A stretch of DNA of 58,849 nucleotides, counting the filler, from Ionaspis alba (lineage: Eukaryota), in NCBI GenBank assembly GCA_964255285.1. It is 3 parts of 3 records of this genome, joined end to end, with 100 filler letters (N's around TTAATTAATTAA, not from the genome) between each part and the next. Parts side by side here need not be neighbours in the genome. Positions count along the whole stretch, not along the records: positions 39,314 to 58,849 come from CAXUUL010000266.1; 2 more parts are not named here. One strand, 5' to 3'. Each line of letters begins with the position of its first letter. The first letter of the stretch is position 1. The notes under the pieces are model-generated. The model made no database searches, was not told where the DNA came from, and was given only the letters and a program-made list of their open reading frames with translations. A program made the position numbers and the translations under genes. Shown here piece by piece: positions 48,201 to 58,849 of this stretch.

Positions 48201-49612
48201 AACGACCCAAGGAACGATTCTCCAAAACCAGACATCCGAGTCACTTCTGGCAGAAGCGGACTACCATCTGGTCGGTGAGGACTTTGTTTGGCAGTCCCAA
48301 CCTGCTGCACAACTGGGTTACTGGTAGGTAGCCGCGTACTGCCCGTCATGTTCGGATCCAGCGTGTGTCCTCTCGTACCGTTGTTTTCTCTTTGCTGGAG
48401 GACCGAAGGATTGGGCTGATTCCGCAGACGGTCAATGTTAGCATCGTCCCCTGTCTCGAAGCTGGGCTGGGGCCGAGGAGCTCCTCTCCAGGTTTCGTTG
48501 ATCTTCTCTTCTGGAATGTTGGCTGATCTTGAGATCTCGGTACGCGGCAGAGGAGGTTGAGTTTCCATTATTGCGTCCATGCTTGGTCTAGACGACTCCT
48601 GCGATTTCCGTTCTTTTTCTCGTTCTTCCTGCATTCGCTTGTAAATGTCCGCCGGGCGAACAAAAGGAAGAGGTTTGACAGCAGTATCGGTGGGAGCTTG
48701 AGCGTTGGTATCGGTCTCTTGATGCGGAAATCCTACAGAAACTGGCTGGGCATAAACAGTGGACGGATATGAAGCTACCGATACAGCCGGTGCATCGTCT
48801 TGCCCGAGACTACTGTTCCGAGGTGGAAGTCCACGAGGGGTTGTGTGGAGTGGCTGCGGCATTGCCGATGCAGAGAAGTCTCTACGGTTCTGAAATTCCA
48901 GTGAAGATGTATTGCTGGTCATCGATTGTGTGCGGCTACCATCACCTGGGACACGTGGACGATCTGAATAAGAGACTCCACGATAATTAGCTGGCGGTAG
49001 TGGAGGCGGTGCTTGGATTCCTTGCGGTTGTTGTCCGTCGATGCTTCTCCGGCTTCTAGACTGACTGGGTTGTTGGTAGAACTGCTGTCCACCCGACGGT
49101 CTTCTCGTTTGGGGATTTCCTAGTATTGGAACCGGATTCGGGGAACCACTGCCCAAACCAGGCTGCTGGAATCCTCCAGCCGAAAAAGATCGCGCTTCGT
49201 CGCCACGATTGAAGGAAGTTGATCGTTCTTGGCTTGGAGAATCATAAAGTTGTGCAGAAGCTATTGGGCGAGCGTCAGGTTGATGTTGCTGTTGCTGATA
49301 CCCTTGCTGGCCAGTAGGCTCATACGTTGGTCTGCTCTCATCAGGCTGTTCCCGAGCATTATATGTGGCACCATACCCGCTTGAAGTAGCTGGGGAGGCT
49401 GATTGACCTTGTTGCCTCAGTCCAGTCGGCTTCTGTGGTGGCCCAGGCTCATCGTAGCCTCCATACTCATCGTAATCATCAACTTCGCCCCAGTCATCGC
49501 CATCGTATGAATATGATTTGGCCTCAACCCATCGCTTAGTCTTCGCACGATTGACATTCGTCTTGAAAGAGGTTGGCGGGCCAGGGTTCCTCGAACCACC
49601 AGGGGCTTGCAT
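45293..49612 (-). CDS. Large conserved hypothetical, largely disordered protein (1439 aa)
   Basis: 4.3-kb ORF with motif islands FKTNVNRAKTKRWVEAKSYSYDGDDWG, FVRPADIYKRM, FRPQLPGGWDSY, ESDRLRKEIVREL, RIQAYNATREQFA...GLEHW and AKGLFSKGKSKF. Confidence 0.92.
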   Translation of the reverse strand: MQAPGGSRNPGPPTSFKTNVNRAKTKRWVEAKSYSYDGDDWGEVDDYDEYGGYDEPGPPQKPTGLRQQGQSASPATSSGYGATYNAREQPDESRPTYEPTGQQGYQQQQHQPDARPIASAQLYDSPSQERSTSFNRGDEARSFSAGGFQQPGLGSGSPNPVPILGNPQTRRPSGGQQFYQQPSQSRSRRSIDGQQPQGIQAPPPLPPANYRGVSYSDRPRVPGDGSRTQSMTSNTSSLEFQNRRDFSASAMPQPLHTTPRGLPPRNSSLGQDDAPAVSVASYPSTVYAQPVSVGFPHQETDTNAQAPTDTAVKPLPFVRPADIYKRMQEEREKERKSQESSRPSMDAIMETQPPLPRTEISRSANIPEEKINETWRGAPRPQPSFETGDDANIDRLRNQPNPSVLQQRENNGTRGHTLDPNMTGSTRLPTSNPVVQQVGTAKQSPHRPDGSPLLPEVTRMSGFGESFLGSLGDSTSRSQPPATKEVREPSTQVSAHLPSQNDQDASLQHQPSLGFRSVVNKAFEDQVPPTPSSTAGSAVARSNSESTNDISPIISRAPSAANPENKARDAEARGMNISVIAEEPTASNIRPISQENAQTPIAVPRKSSPSRDSRPASSGSMPASFLPGHRRKISTPSPDNSPARTPALEVNSQLRQPQEVELAMTTPTSMTHSSSSASNSHPSKTQGEQQVSENVTPTKNTRLESPTRGGDSSSVTVDAESPLRRADSPSKNRVRDLAGKFESPTVSRPGSQSSLKDGNFSTKSPVKDDSKYAKPPTARYESFRPQLPGGWDSYASTAPTQPGLSEISRLHGQTADIASDTGPDTLQQNLFSVANDKEGNGSQRGTASPTSANEAIDLSPTTVKHSLSNPSQKEESNDPFSAVAAAGSALAGAIVSAVGMEYKEDSADKAAKSSEKQSEDFNAPQGHSASMGSTDYHPDASKPWIPATDDGDSSIVPTPVAKDSPGNANTSGASAYFPPFIPLKQKPRNVEATNIETPSRPHILPALSTETSPHDYESDRLRKEIVRELSPHADRSTSDGALASQAPTADDTMLSVYSGSRGQSHDSMVLPREYDSYWNGSSSGDDVSRPTSHQQAPMVASTVAVLPDERTPVTLVSSQLPGPNQQSMPVTHDPSQSIASSNTLQVRPDVLKHRFSWEPEPEEIISPPSDVPGPQEAISHPDSAIPQEQGNPKTSSYSVPDQKLSSVPDSTKNLPNEPTEKRLSQLGSPSLDEQQPSSTQVHENASQAPPQESMPLPPLPSAQNNLPTFREILALRSPMERIQAYNATREQFASMNTGLEHWTLTTINDLPEHGELLKNGGNFPVNPGHKPSPSRTKFGGLRSASGQNAQQPYYQQYLNASSQPVQPHPASSAQGSSSGFSPSPGAGNKMSSQQMQAKGKDLLHSAGVFGGKANVAAKGLFSKGKSKFRGSGGGEKVDI

Positions 49613-50487
49613 ACTGCTTGAAGTCCCGATCAGCTCTAGGTATAACTATTGAGAGAAGTCCGCTTACGAGAATGATTGGTTCGAGTTACTCTGTTGATGC
49701 GTCGACGACAGGAGATCGATGGCGATAATACTTCAACGTAGAGGTGTCGGACTAAAGAAGCATGGTACTCTTCGTATGATGATGCTATGATAGACAGAGG
49801 CCTATCAGACTTGACGCATCTTAGTAGAGCAAGCAATGTGACCGTAGGAGGAAACTCACCAGTCACAGAGCCAGTGATGACACTTAAAAGGTGGAGAACC
49901 AGATCGCTTGCTTTGTGAGCTGATTCACATTTGTCTTGACGCGCGGTGATTATCCCGCCTAGGCAACGCTGCAACCAAGAGCGTTTGAGTGGGTGTTAAA
50001 CAGGAACTATAAAGAGCAGATGTAGTTTCGTTCGAGTCTCTCGATCCCCGGTGCTGGCCACTATGTTTATCACCAAGGGCCGAACAGGCCAAGGAATCAA
50101 ACTTGCAGCAAACCATGCAGCACAGCCACAGCAGGGGTTTCTAGCGTACCCGGTGGTACGGAGCACAATTTCCACCCTCATGGCTTTATTCAGAATTTAT
50201 GTAACAGATGCGTGTAGAACTTGAACCTCAGAATTATTGATTCTTCACCTTTCGAAGAAAGATTTTTCTGCTGTTCCCATAAGGTCTCGCAGTCGCAGGA
50301 CGGACCTGCTCATCGATTTCCTCTACCGTTCCTCTACCCCAAAATCTGTGTCCTAAGTATCTTGTCGGCGCTTTGTTTGAAGGACACGTCTCAAAAAGCG
50401 AGCCTGTGGCATCAGCGCATTGGGGGCATGAGTCTGTAGCCATATCGTGTCTCTGCATGCTGCCATCTCCTTTCTCTCTCATCTAAG

Positions 50488-51783
50488 ATGGTCACAACCT
50501 CAATACAAGATCGTACTGCCGAATTCAGAGCAGTCCTCGCCCAGGCTCAGAAAAAACAGAATTCCAACAAGCCTGGTGGGCAACGTCAGACACTTCTCAC
50601 AGATGCGCAACGAAGAGCTGCAAACGGGACCCCAAATGGGGATATCAGAGCTGGCAAGAAGGGTGGCAGATCAGAATTCGCGAGGAGGGCGGCGGAAATT
50701 GGTCGGGGCATTACAGGGACCATGGAGAAATTACAGAGGCTCGCACAATGTACGTGGATGTCTCTGACTTCAAGCAAGCCATGACATATTGGTTTACTAG
50801 GTGCAATATCGAGCTGCATTGGCTGACAATAGTATGGTATCCAGTGGCGCGAAGGAAAACTTTGTTCGATGATCGACCTGTCGAAATTGCCGAGTTGACA
50901 TACGTTATCAAGCAAGATCTATCCTCCCTCAATTCTCAAATATCATCTCTCCAATCCCTATCGAAGTCGCAGCATGCGCAAGCGACACGGAGCAGCAACA
51001 TTGACCAGGAAGGGGAGCACAACAAAAATGTAAGGAGCCTAGTGGGGATACACTGAAGCTTAGTTGACGTGACCAGGTTGTCGTTCTACTTCAGGGCAAG
51101 CTGGCAGATGTGTCAGTAAACTTCAAAGAGGTCCTTGAGGTCCGCACCAAGAACATCCAAGCCTCCCGCTCGAGAACCGAGAACTTCGTCTCTTCAGTTT
51201 CTGCCCAATCTCAATCTCAACTCGATCCCCAACAGTCCGCTTCGCCATTATACAACACCCCTGCGAAATCTCCTACACCACAACCCGGCTATCAAAATCC
51301 TAATTCCGACATCCTCAACCTCGATCCATCCTCCACCATGACACTGGGCCGAGGTGCTTTACAGTCTGATCAGCAACTGCTGATGATGGAGGAAGCACAA
51401 CCCACAAACACATATATCAATGCTCGAGGGGAGGCTATTGAGGCGATTGAGAGGACGATAAGCGAACTTGGAGGAATCTTTGGGCAGTTAGCGTCTATGG
51501 TATCGGAGCAGCAGTATGTCACGAATGGCACCAACAGAGATCAAAAACTGATAAACCAAGTGATATGATACAACGGATCGACGCTAATACCGAGGACGTC
51601 GTTGATAATGTTGAAGGGGCACAACGGGAACTAATGAAGTACTGGTCGCGGGTTTCGGGGAACAGATGGCTGGTTGCCAAGATGTTTGGTGTATTGATGG
51701 TAAGTGTCTGTTCTCGCTTCCACTATAAACAAAGCTAATTAAAGTAGATCTTCTTCCTCCTCTGGGTATTGGTGGCTGGATAG
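50488..51783 (+). CDS. SED5: cis-Golgi t-SNARE syntaxin 5, 5 exons
   Basis: SIQDRTAEF, RSEFARRAAEIGRGI, KTLFDDRPVEIAELTYVIKQDL, RGEAIEAIERTISELGGIFGQLA, IQRIDANTEDVVDNVEGAQRELMKY and a C-terminal TM anchor. Confidence 0.96.
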
Positions 51784-52100
51784 ACGGCCCGTGTATTATA
51801 ACGTAATGGATGACTTCTTTGTATATAGTTTTTTGCATTAGACTACAGATTATCCGAGCCAAGTATACTCTCGAGAGTAGCTTGTCCCTTACCCCATCTC
51901 TACTTCTCAGCAATTATATCCTGTGAACTGTAGTGATGAATTGGTCCGACATTCACAAACTTCCTGCCTAAGCTTGTTTGCCAACCGTCTCAGTCATGCT
52001 ACATTTTCTACAAGTGGATGCGTAGTCTCTAGCAGTTCCTCGATGCCTGCAACATATGGATGACCATCACACCATCCCACGAGCTTTCCTACTTCCAGTT

Positions 52101-54161
52101 TCATCGCTTCTTTCCCTTTGTCTTATCCAATACCTCTATCCACAGTCTGTGCACGCCCCGCCTCTCCAACGCCTTTACAACCGCCTCCTTCTGGGGTCCC
52201 TGAACCATAATTTCCATGACCGGACTCTTCGGACTACTTCCCACCAACTGCCCTACACTGGTGGAGCTAGCACAAGTCTTCTGCAGGTCATCCGCTAGCA
52301 GCTGTGGACTAATATAGAACGCCTCAACACCCGAGACCTTGGTTACAGTCTTGTTCCCGGAGCGGGTCTCAAGTAGGATTTTGATAGATGGTGCTGGGCC
52401 CGCTTTCGGCTTTGCATCTGCGCGTGTGTCATCATTGCGCAGTACGGCAGTGTAAATTGTGCAAGACTGGATGATCCGGTCAAGAAGGGCGTCTCGGGGA
52501 ACGGAGCCTTTGGCAAGGACTTCGCGGTCGAGGGAAGAAGGAGTGTCGAAGACGGCGTTCGCGAGAAAGGGGTTGAGATTCACAAGGCGTTTATTGGTTG
52601 ACGAGATGAGGTTCTCGGCTTCGAGGTAGGCACTTATGAGTGGACGGAGCTCAGTGGGCAGATAAAGGGTTCTGGAGGCGGTTGAGCCGGATTGGAAGAG
52701 GGGTGCAAGTTTCTCCTTTGGTTTCAGTAGACTGAGCCTCTGTAGGGTTTGGCCAATGGAAATGTCAGCCGGGGCATTTGCATTCCCATTAACGTCGCTA
52801 GCTTCAGCTTTGACCACGTCCTTTTTTGGAAGTTTGTAGGGTATGAAATTCGTGATGGCTGGATCATTGAAGTCAATATCTTGGACAACAGTCTCCCCTC
52901 CATTTCGATCCTTGGACTTGAGTAATTTCTCCTTTTCAAGAGCTTTGATGAATTTCCTTGCATTCTTCCAGCTGGTCTTCTTGATTTGCAGGGCGTTCGA
53001 ATCCTCTGTTGTCAAAGTCGGCAGGTATGGAAGAACTAAATTGGAAATGAAAAGCGACTGCGGGATAGGGAATGAAAGTCCGTGGTTTCGGTCGTCCTTG
53101 TGGCCTCTCTGTTGTTCGTAAATAGCGAATAGGAATGCATTTCGGAAACAAGCGTCGACATCTTTCGTACTCATCTCCTTGTGGTCGACCGAGATTTTCT
53201 CAAAGGCTTCGGTTTCCTCGCCGTCAGCATGGAGATTTCGTTCGTTTCTAGGTTGGGGATGATCAGGGTCGACATTAAGCGCCACGCCGCCGTCCTCCCG
53301 CTCGATATCCGAATCTTCCAGATGCATATCTCTGATTGCCTGACTCAAAGCGCCCACATCACCACGGTCGTCCCAGCCCTCTATGTGTTCTGGGGCACTT
53401 CCCCCGAGTTTTCCGCTTTGACTCCAAGCCCATATCTCATCACCATCCCAATGTATACTGCTTACTGCACGCCCTTTGACGCCTTGGACCTGAGATAAAG
53501 CCTTAACATCAATCTCACATGTTCCAACGACCATTGGAACACTTGGCTTTTCCAAACTGGCCACTGCCACAGTAGCATTCTTGACTGCTTTCGCTGGAAA
53601 TGGAGGCCCACGAGCTAGTCCAGGTATCATTAAGTCCGCGCCGCCACGCATCTTTCGGAGAACAATCTCGGGGGTATGTAGAAGTGGTACGAGGCCGGGA
53701 TGCCGCCATAGTGTGTAGACTAGATATACAGGTCAGACCCAAGTGACAAGTCGCTCGAGATCATAGGTATCGAACCTGTTGGGAAGACTTTGTCCTCCAA
53801 TCTTATCCACAACACACGCTGCTCTTCTCCCGGATGAGTTCCGACATAGAGCGTGCCAGTAACTGTCTTGAGATCTTGTCCAACAGTCGTGGAGAATTTC
53901 GCCGATAGGGAGCCTTCAGGCAGAAGTGAATTTCTTAGTGCCCCAGGTCCACTCGGAGCTACCGGTTGGGTCTCCTGCTGTTCTTCCCCCGTCTCTTGGA
54001 TTGGGGTCTCAACCTCATATTGAGAAATGATCTGGTCCGTAATCCTTCGTCGATCCGAGGAGCGGAGAGGCGCGAGTGTTTTGATCTTCCCATTTGTGAG
54101 CACTGTATTCTCTCCGACCTGTCTACGCGTAACTGACACTAGGCTTCTTCTTGAACATCAT
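52101..54161 (-). CDS. TMA64: eIF2D/ligatin-like translation factor (PUA, SWIB-like and SUI1 domains), 3 exons
   Basis: MFKKKPS/IKTLAPLRSSDRRR, PT/VYTLW, GGADLMIPGL, IKKTSWKNARKFIK, ETRSGNKTVTKVSGVE and CASSTSV...EIMVQGPQ. Start at 54161 or 54158. Confidence 0.92.
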
Positions 54162-54607
54162 GAAGCTGGCCGACGCTTCTGTGTATGGGGCAGAGACGAG
54201 AGGTGTTGTCAGGATCGGTATAGCGTGGTTTGGATGCTCCTGCCTCCTTTAACAACCGCAATGTATCTAATTATTGTTTGCGGTGGACTCACCTCCAATG
54301 ACGTGGGGAAGCGTGGGGTTTCCAGGGGCCTTCGGCTCTAGCTTCGTGGCCAGCAATGCCAACCAAAAAAAGGATCAGGGAAGTTAGCGCCCTTGCACAT
54401 GCTCTGGCTTACCTCCTTCATATTATCTCGATATTATTGCTTGAAAGAGGTTGAATATACTGATCGCTCTTTACATCGTTAATGAACGGATCACCAAGCG
54501 ATCCTAGCTATTCTCCTGATCCATCACGAGTTTGGCAGTCCCTTTTGACTAGTTATATGCTCGCCGACGTGTGACAGCATCTGGTCACAGTGGACACAAT
54601 ATCGACA

Positions 54608-57419
54608 ATGGCTTCTCCGCAGCGTGAAAACCGGCCACCGACCAACAACAGGCAATCAACAGCTCCATCCGTTATGACCGTGAATGGGCACTTTGCTGGT
54701 GTTGGTGAAATCCCTACAAAATCGGCATATGAACATGGCATTCAAGTTATTGACGAGGATCAAAACTTCAAGTACGTCCTAACTCACTCGTATCCACACG
54801 TTGAAGAGGCTGACTTTGTCGCTGTAGCGACCGCTTATCTTCCTACCTAGCGGCAGAGAAGATTGCTCAAGCAGGCTTCAACTATCACCTAATTTCCGTC
54901 TTTGGTTCCCAATCCACAGGAAAATCTACTCTACTCAATCAGCTGTTCGGGACAGAATTTGGTGTTATGTCAGAGTCAGATAGGAAACAAACGACTAAGG
55001 GCATTTGGATGTCGAAGAACAAAAATGTCGACGCTGACGGGAAAACAAAGCTCATGGCAGACAATATTTTAGTAATGGATGTGGAGGGAACTGATGGCAG
55101 GGAAAGGGGAGAAGACCAGGACTTTGAGAGAAAGAGCGCACTGTTTGCACTCGCTACCAGCGAGGTCCTGATTGTCAATATTTGGGAACATCAGGTCGGG
55201 CTATACCAAGGGGCAAACATGGGCTTGTTGAAGGTCGTTTTTGAAGTCAATCTAGAACTTTTTCTCAAGGATAAGGACAACAAGTAAGTGACCCCCAGAT
55301 TTGGTTGAAACATTACAGATGCATGCTGACATTGAAAGATCGAATCCGAGATCCCTTTTATTCTTCGTTATTAGAGATCATTTGGGAACTACGCCACTAG
55401 CGAACCTCCGCAATACCCTCGTTCAAGATCTAACACGTATATGGTCTGGACTGTCAAAGCCACCAGGAATGGAGAAATCCAAAATTGAGCACTACTTCGA
55501 TTTCGCCTTTGCTGCTTTGCCACACAAGATCCTTCAACCAGAACGCTTTGTTTCTGAAGTTGCCAAATTGGGCGCAAGGTTCCGAGAAGGTCATCGAGAT
55601 CCTAGGAGGGACCCATTAAGAAGCGATCAGGAGCTTGGAGGCGGCGTATTACTTCCTGAATACCATCGTCGCATACCAGCAGATGGATTCTCGATTTATG
55701 CCTCAGGGGTGTGGGATCAAATTGTGAACAACAAGGATCTGGATCTACCAACACAGCAAGAGCTTATGGCTCAATTCCGCTGTGATGAGATTTCACGGGA
55801 AGTGCTAGTTGTTTTTGATGAGGCTATTGCTCCATTTGAAAACAAACAGACAGAGGCGACACAAGCCGGAAGACCAGAGGTGCTCGGTGGCCTAGGCGCC
55901 ATTATGAGAACTTCTAGGATGAAGGCGCTGAAGAGCTTCGAAACAGAAGCTAGTAGGTATCACAAGGGCGTCTTTACCCGCAAACGATCAGAACTTGAGA
56001 GCAAAATCGATGGGCGATTGAAGGGACTTTTCCAGGGCCAGCTCTCCGCTGCGCACAAGATTGGAGTTAAGAGCTTCAGTGAGGCTGTGAGTGCTGCAGT
56101 CAAGGCGGGACAGAAGAAAGGGTCGAGCTATGACTTTGGTGAAATTGTAGAACGAGTGAAGGGCAATGCTCTCAGTCGATTTGAGAAGGACGCAAAGGGG
56201 GTACTTGTGGAAGGAGCTCCTTGGAGCACGTATCAGAGGGAAACGGCTCTGTTCGTGAAAGAGCTTGATGAGGTGACCGGTCAGCTCAGGAGAGAAGAGA
56301 TGCGTAGATTAGCCACGAGGGTCGAGCGATGGGTACGGTCACGACTGGGTGAATCAGTCGGACTTGAATTCAACGCTCTCGGGTCTGGGAGAGGAGGATC
56401 CGGCGCGCCCGAGGAAGGAGAGCAGCCTCCAGAGAAAGACATATGGGACCGTATCTGGAAAGTCTTTATCAAAACCGTCGAAGAAGCTGAGCGGAGATTC
56501 AGCGATCGCGCCAAGAGTTTCGATGCTAGCCCAGATGAGGTTGAGGTTGGTTTGTGGCGCTTGAGAAGGAAATCCTGGGGCGCTCTGCGTGCCAAAATTG
56601 ACGAGGAGATGATGGAAGGGAACCTTTTGCTGAAGCTGCGGGAAAATTTTGAGGACAAATTTCGATATGACGAAGCTGGCGTACCAAGAATATGGCGGCC
56701 AACAGACGACATCGAGGGCATATACACCAAAGCGAGAGAATCTACGTTGACCTTGATCCCCTTGCTATCACGGTTCCAATCTTCGAAAACGTCGTCCCCA
56801 CCTCCATTAGATAAATGGATTGGACACATGCCATCATCTGCAACACCAGCAGACGAGGAAGACCTGACGCCTATTGGAGGTGTTGACGAGGAGGAGGGTA
56901 AGAGCTTGGAGGAAGAAACGACCATACTGAGTGAAACGAAACGGCAAGACATCATTGTACGATTCAAGAAAACGGCCGACGGTGTATATGTCGAGGCAAA
57001 GAGAAGTGCGATTGGGGGAATGACCCAAGTGCCTCTGTATTTCTACGGATTACTATTGGCTCTTGGGTGGAACGAAATTGTCGCAGGTGATTGCTATGGT
57101 TCCCATGCCATCCTTTGTGCTAACTCAGTGTGTAATAGTATTACGAAACCCAGTGTATTTCATGTTTCTGATCGTCCTCGGTATCGGTCTCTATGCCACG
57201 TATACTCTCAATCTGTGGGGACCGATGATCAAGATGGCCAACGCTGCCTCGCAGCAAGCTTTAGAGGAGTTCAAGAAACGGCTGAGGGAGTTTCTCGAGT
57301 CAACCGAGAGTGGGCGTCAAGGTCTTGCTATGTCCGGAACCAACGATGTACGGATGAAGCACCTTGACGGGTACGGGCGCACGACAGCGCCTCAGGAAGA
57401 TGATGAGGAGGAGATATGA
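54608..57419 (+). CDS. SEY1: ER-fusion dynamin-like GTPase (RHD3/SEY1), 4 exons
   Basis: [19 protein letters not shown] (P-loop), [58 protein letters not shown] and TM hairpin [16 protein letters not shown]. Confidence 0.97.
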
Positions 57420-57599
57420 CTTTCCTTATATACTTGGATTAATTGGCTAAGGAAAGTCAAGAACGGTTACCAATATAGATAATGTGATAGTCGACCCCCA
57501 AATCGGAGCGAGCGATTGAGCGAATGGTCTGCATTGGTATAAAGCTGTACAGGAATTATTGTTACCTCGCTCTATTCTACAATCTTACAGGTGGCTGTT

Positions 57600-58815
57600 T
57601 CAGTATTGGCCAAATGCTGGTTGATTTCCTGCGGTGAATTCCCCATGCAGATCGTCGAGTCTGGCCATATGCACAGCAATCTCCATCCCTTTAGCTCGTT
57701 CCTTCTCAACCCGATCCCAGTCCCATTCCTCTTCGCTTGGCGGGTTCAGTGACTTATCAATGATCTTCACCATTTCCGCTCCTGATAACCTGCGCAACGT
57801 CGAAGCAGTCTCGATTTCCGCTGACGCACTTTCCACCGTAGGCGTCTCGCTATATGGTGGGGTCGGTTCAAGATTGGGCTTCTCCGGCAGCAGCTCCGAT
57901 GTCTTTAAAACTTCTTCCGGTGGTATTGTTAATCGCCCCTTTTTGAAGACATACTTTGCAATACTCGTCGCACAAATGGCTGGATTGGGTGCCCCGTTCG
58001 CCTCATCGCTTGGTACAGCTTTGGACCCCTTCCGCCATGGTTGCAAGATATAGCTCTTCGGCCTCACCTTCCCTTTCTTCACTATGTGACTGACGAGATA
58101 CACCCATTTTCTATCCCATGCTAACACACGGGTCCAGATTTCGAAACCCTCAAACGGTTTGATCTCCTTTCTAAAGGAGCATGTGACCCCACCAAGAAAC
58201 ACGCCCAGCTTTCCTTCGACGTTCTTTCCATCAGGGCCGGCCTTAGGAGAAGGGCGACTCCGTGCTTTTTCGATTCCCCGAGCAAGCAGGCAGGATAAAA
58301 GATGCGAGCGCGACACGTCCAGGTCGCTGAAGTAGGTACTGTTGGACTTGTGCAGGTTGTAGTCGCATTCGAGAGGACTGGTGTAGGAGACTGTTATGAT
58401 AGGGGTGAAGATCGTAGATGGTGTGAGATAAGGCCGTGTCCCTCGAAAGGTTATATGGGTCAGCAGGCTCCGAAGCAGGCGGATCTGTAGCGATCGACAC
58501 GAGAACGTTAGCAGAGAGTAAGAAAAATTAGCCCAGTCTTTACGGAACTTGATTGGTGTGCTTACATGCCAGGCGGAGGGCAAGCTCTTGAGGTTTAGAA
58601 GAGCAAAGAGCACGGCTAGAAGCCGCCAGACTGAGCCTGGGGTTGAGAGGCCGAAGAGGCGACGAAAGTCAGGGCTGCTGGCTAAATAGACTACAGGAAG
58701 GGAAGATGCAACGCCGACTGCGTAATTGTCAGTCAATCATCGACACAAGTAAGAGAGTCGAGCTTGATGTACCTGCTGTCATCCAGAGCTTCATATTGGC
58801 TATCATGTTCGCCAT
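57600..58815 (-). CDS. Hotdog-fold thioesterase-like protein (4HBT-like/THEM6-type), about 3 exons
   Basis: LFALLNLKSLPSAWH/IR, ECDYNLHKSNSTYFSDLDVSR, LGGVTCSFRKEIKPF, WTRVLAWDRKWVYLVSH and YVFKKGRLTIPPE. First exon predicted at 58815-58773. Confidence 0.88.
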
Positions 58816-58849
58816 GCTCCTCTGAGCTTTGTGGATGCAGCTCAATCGA

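Noticed and set aside
56281..56967. 228-aa antisense ORF within SEY1 (and similar ones within TRR1, AMS1 and LCB2)
   Set aside because: Antisense shadows expected from codon bias of the real genes.

Overview
Eukaryotic DNA from a filamentous ascomycete (Pezizomycotina-type genes with short GT-AG introns; finer taxonomy cannot be fixed from sequence alone). The window is not one locus. Two identical 100-nt spacers (N44-TTAATTAATTAA-N44, stops in all six frames) join three separate scaffolds of 19,564, 19,549 and 19,536 bp, in descending size order, and three further 100-N gaps lie inside them. About 22 protein-coding genes can be supported. Recognisable ones are LCB2, acetoacetyl-CoA synthetase, a bestrophin-like channel, an SRPBCC protein, a PTH11-like receptor, a DUF4211-type protein, a peroxisomal CoA-Nudix hydrolase, TRR1, AMS1, an S9 dipeptidyl peptidase, a GT34-like protein, a GST, SED5, eIF2D/TMA64, SEY1 and a hotdog thioesterase; the rest are hypothetical or low-complexity proteins. 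No rRNA, tRNA, transposon, CRISPR array or secondary-metabolite cluster was seen, and I found no convincing new multi-gene system. The most interesting signals are hidden isoform mechanisms: an AUG-less mitochondrial-presequence-like extension on TRR1, a signal-anchor extension on the dipeptidyl peptidase, a cryptic SHL peroxisomal signal behind the thioesterase stop codon, and a splice that would skip a stop and fuse three long ORFs. A probably catalytically dead GT34 and a protein with 15-residue tandem repeats are also notable. All exon boundaries are manual predictions.
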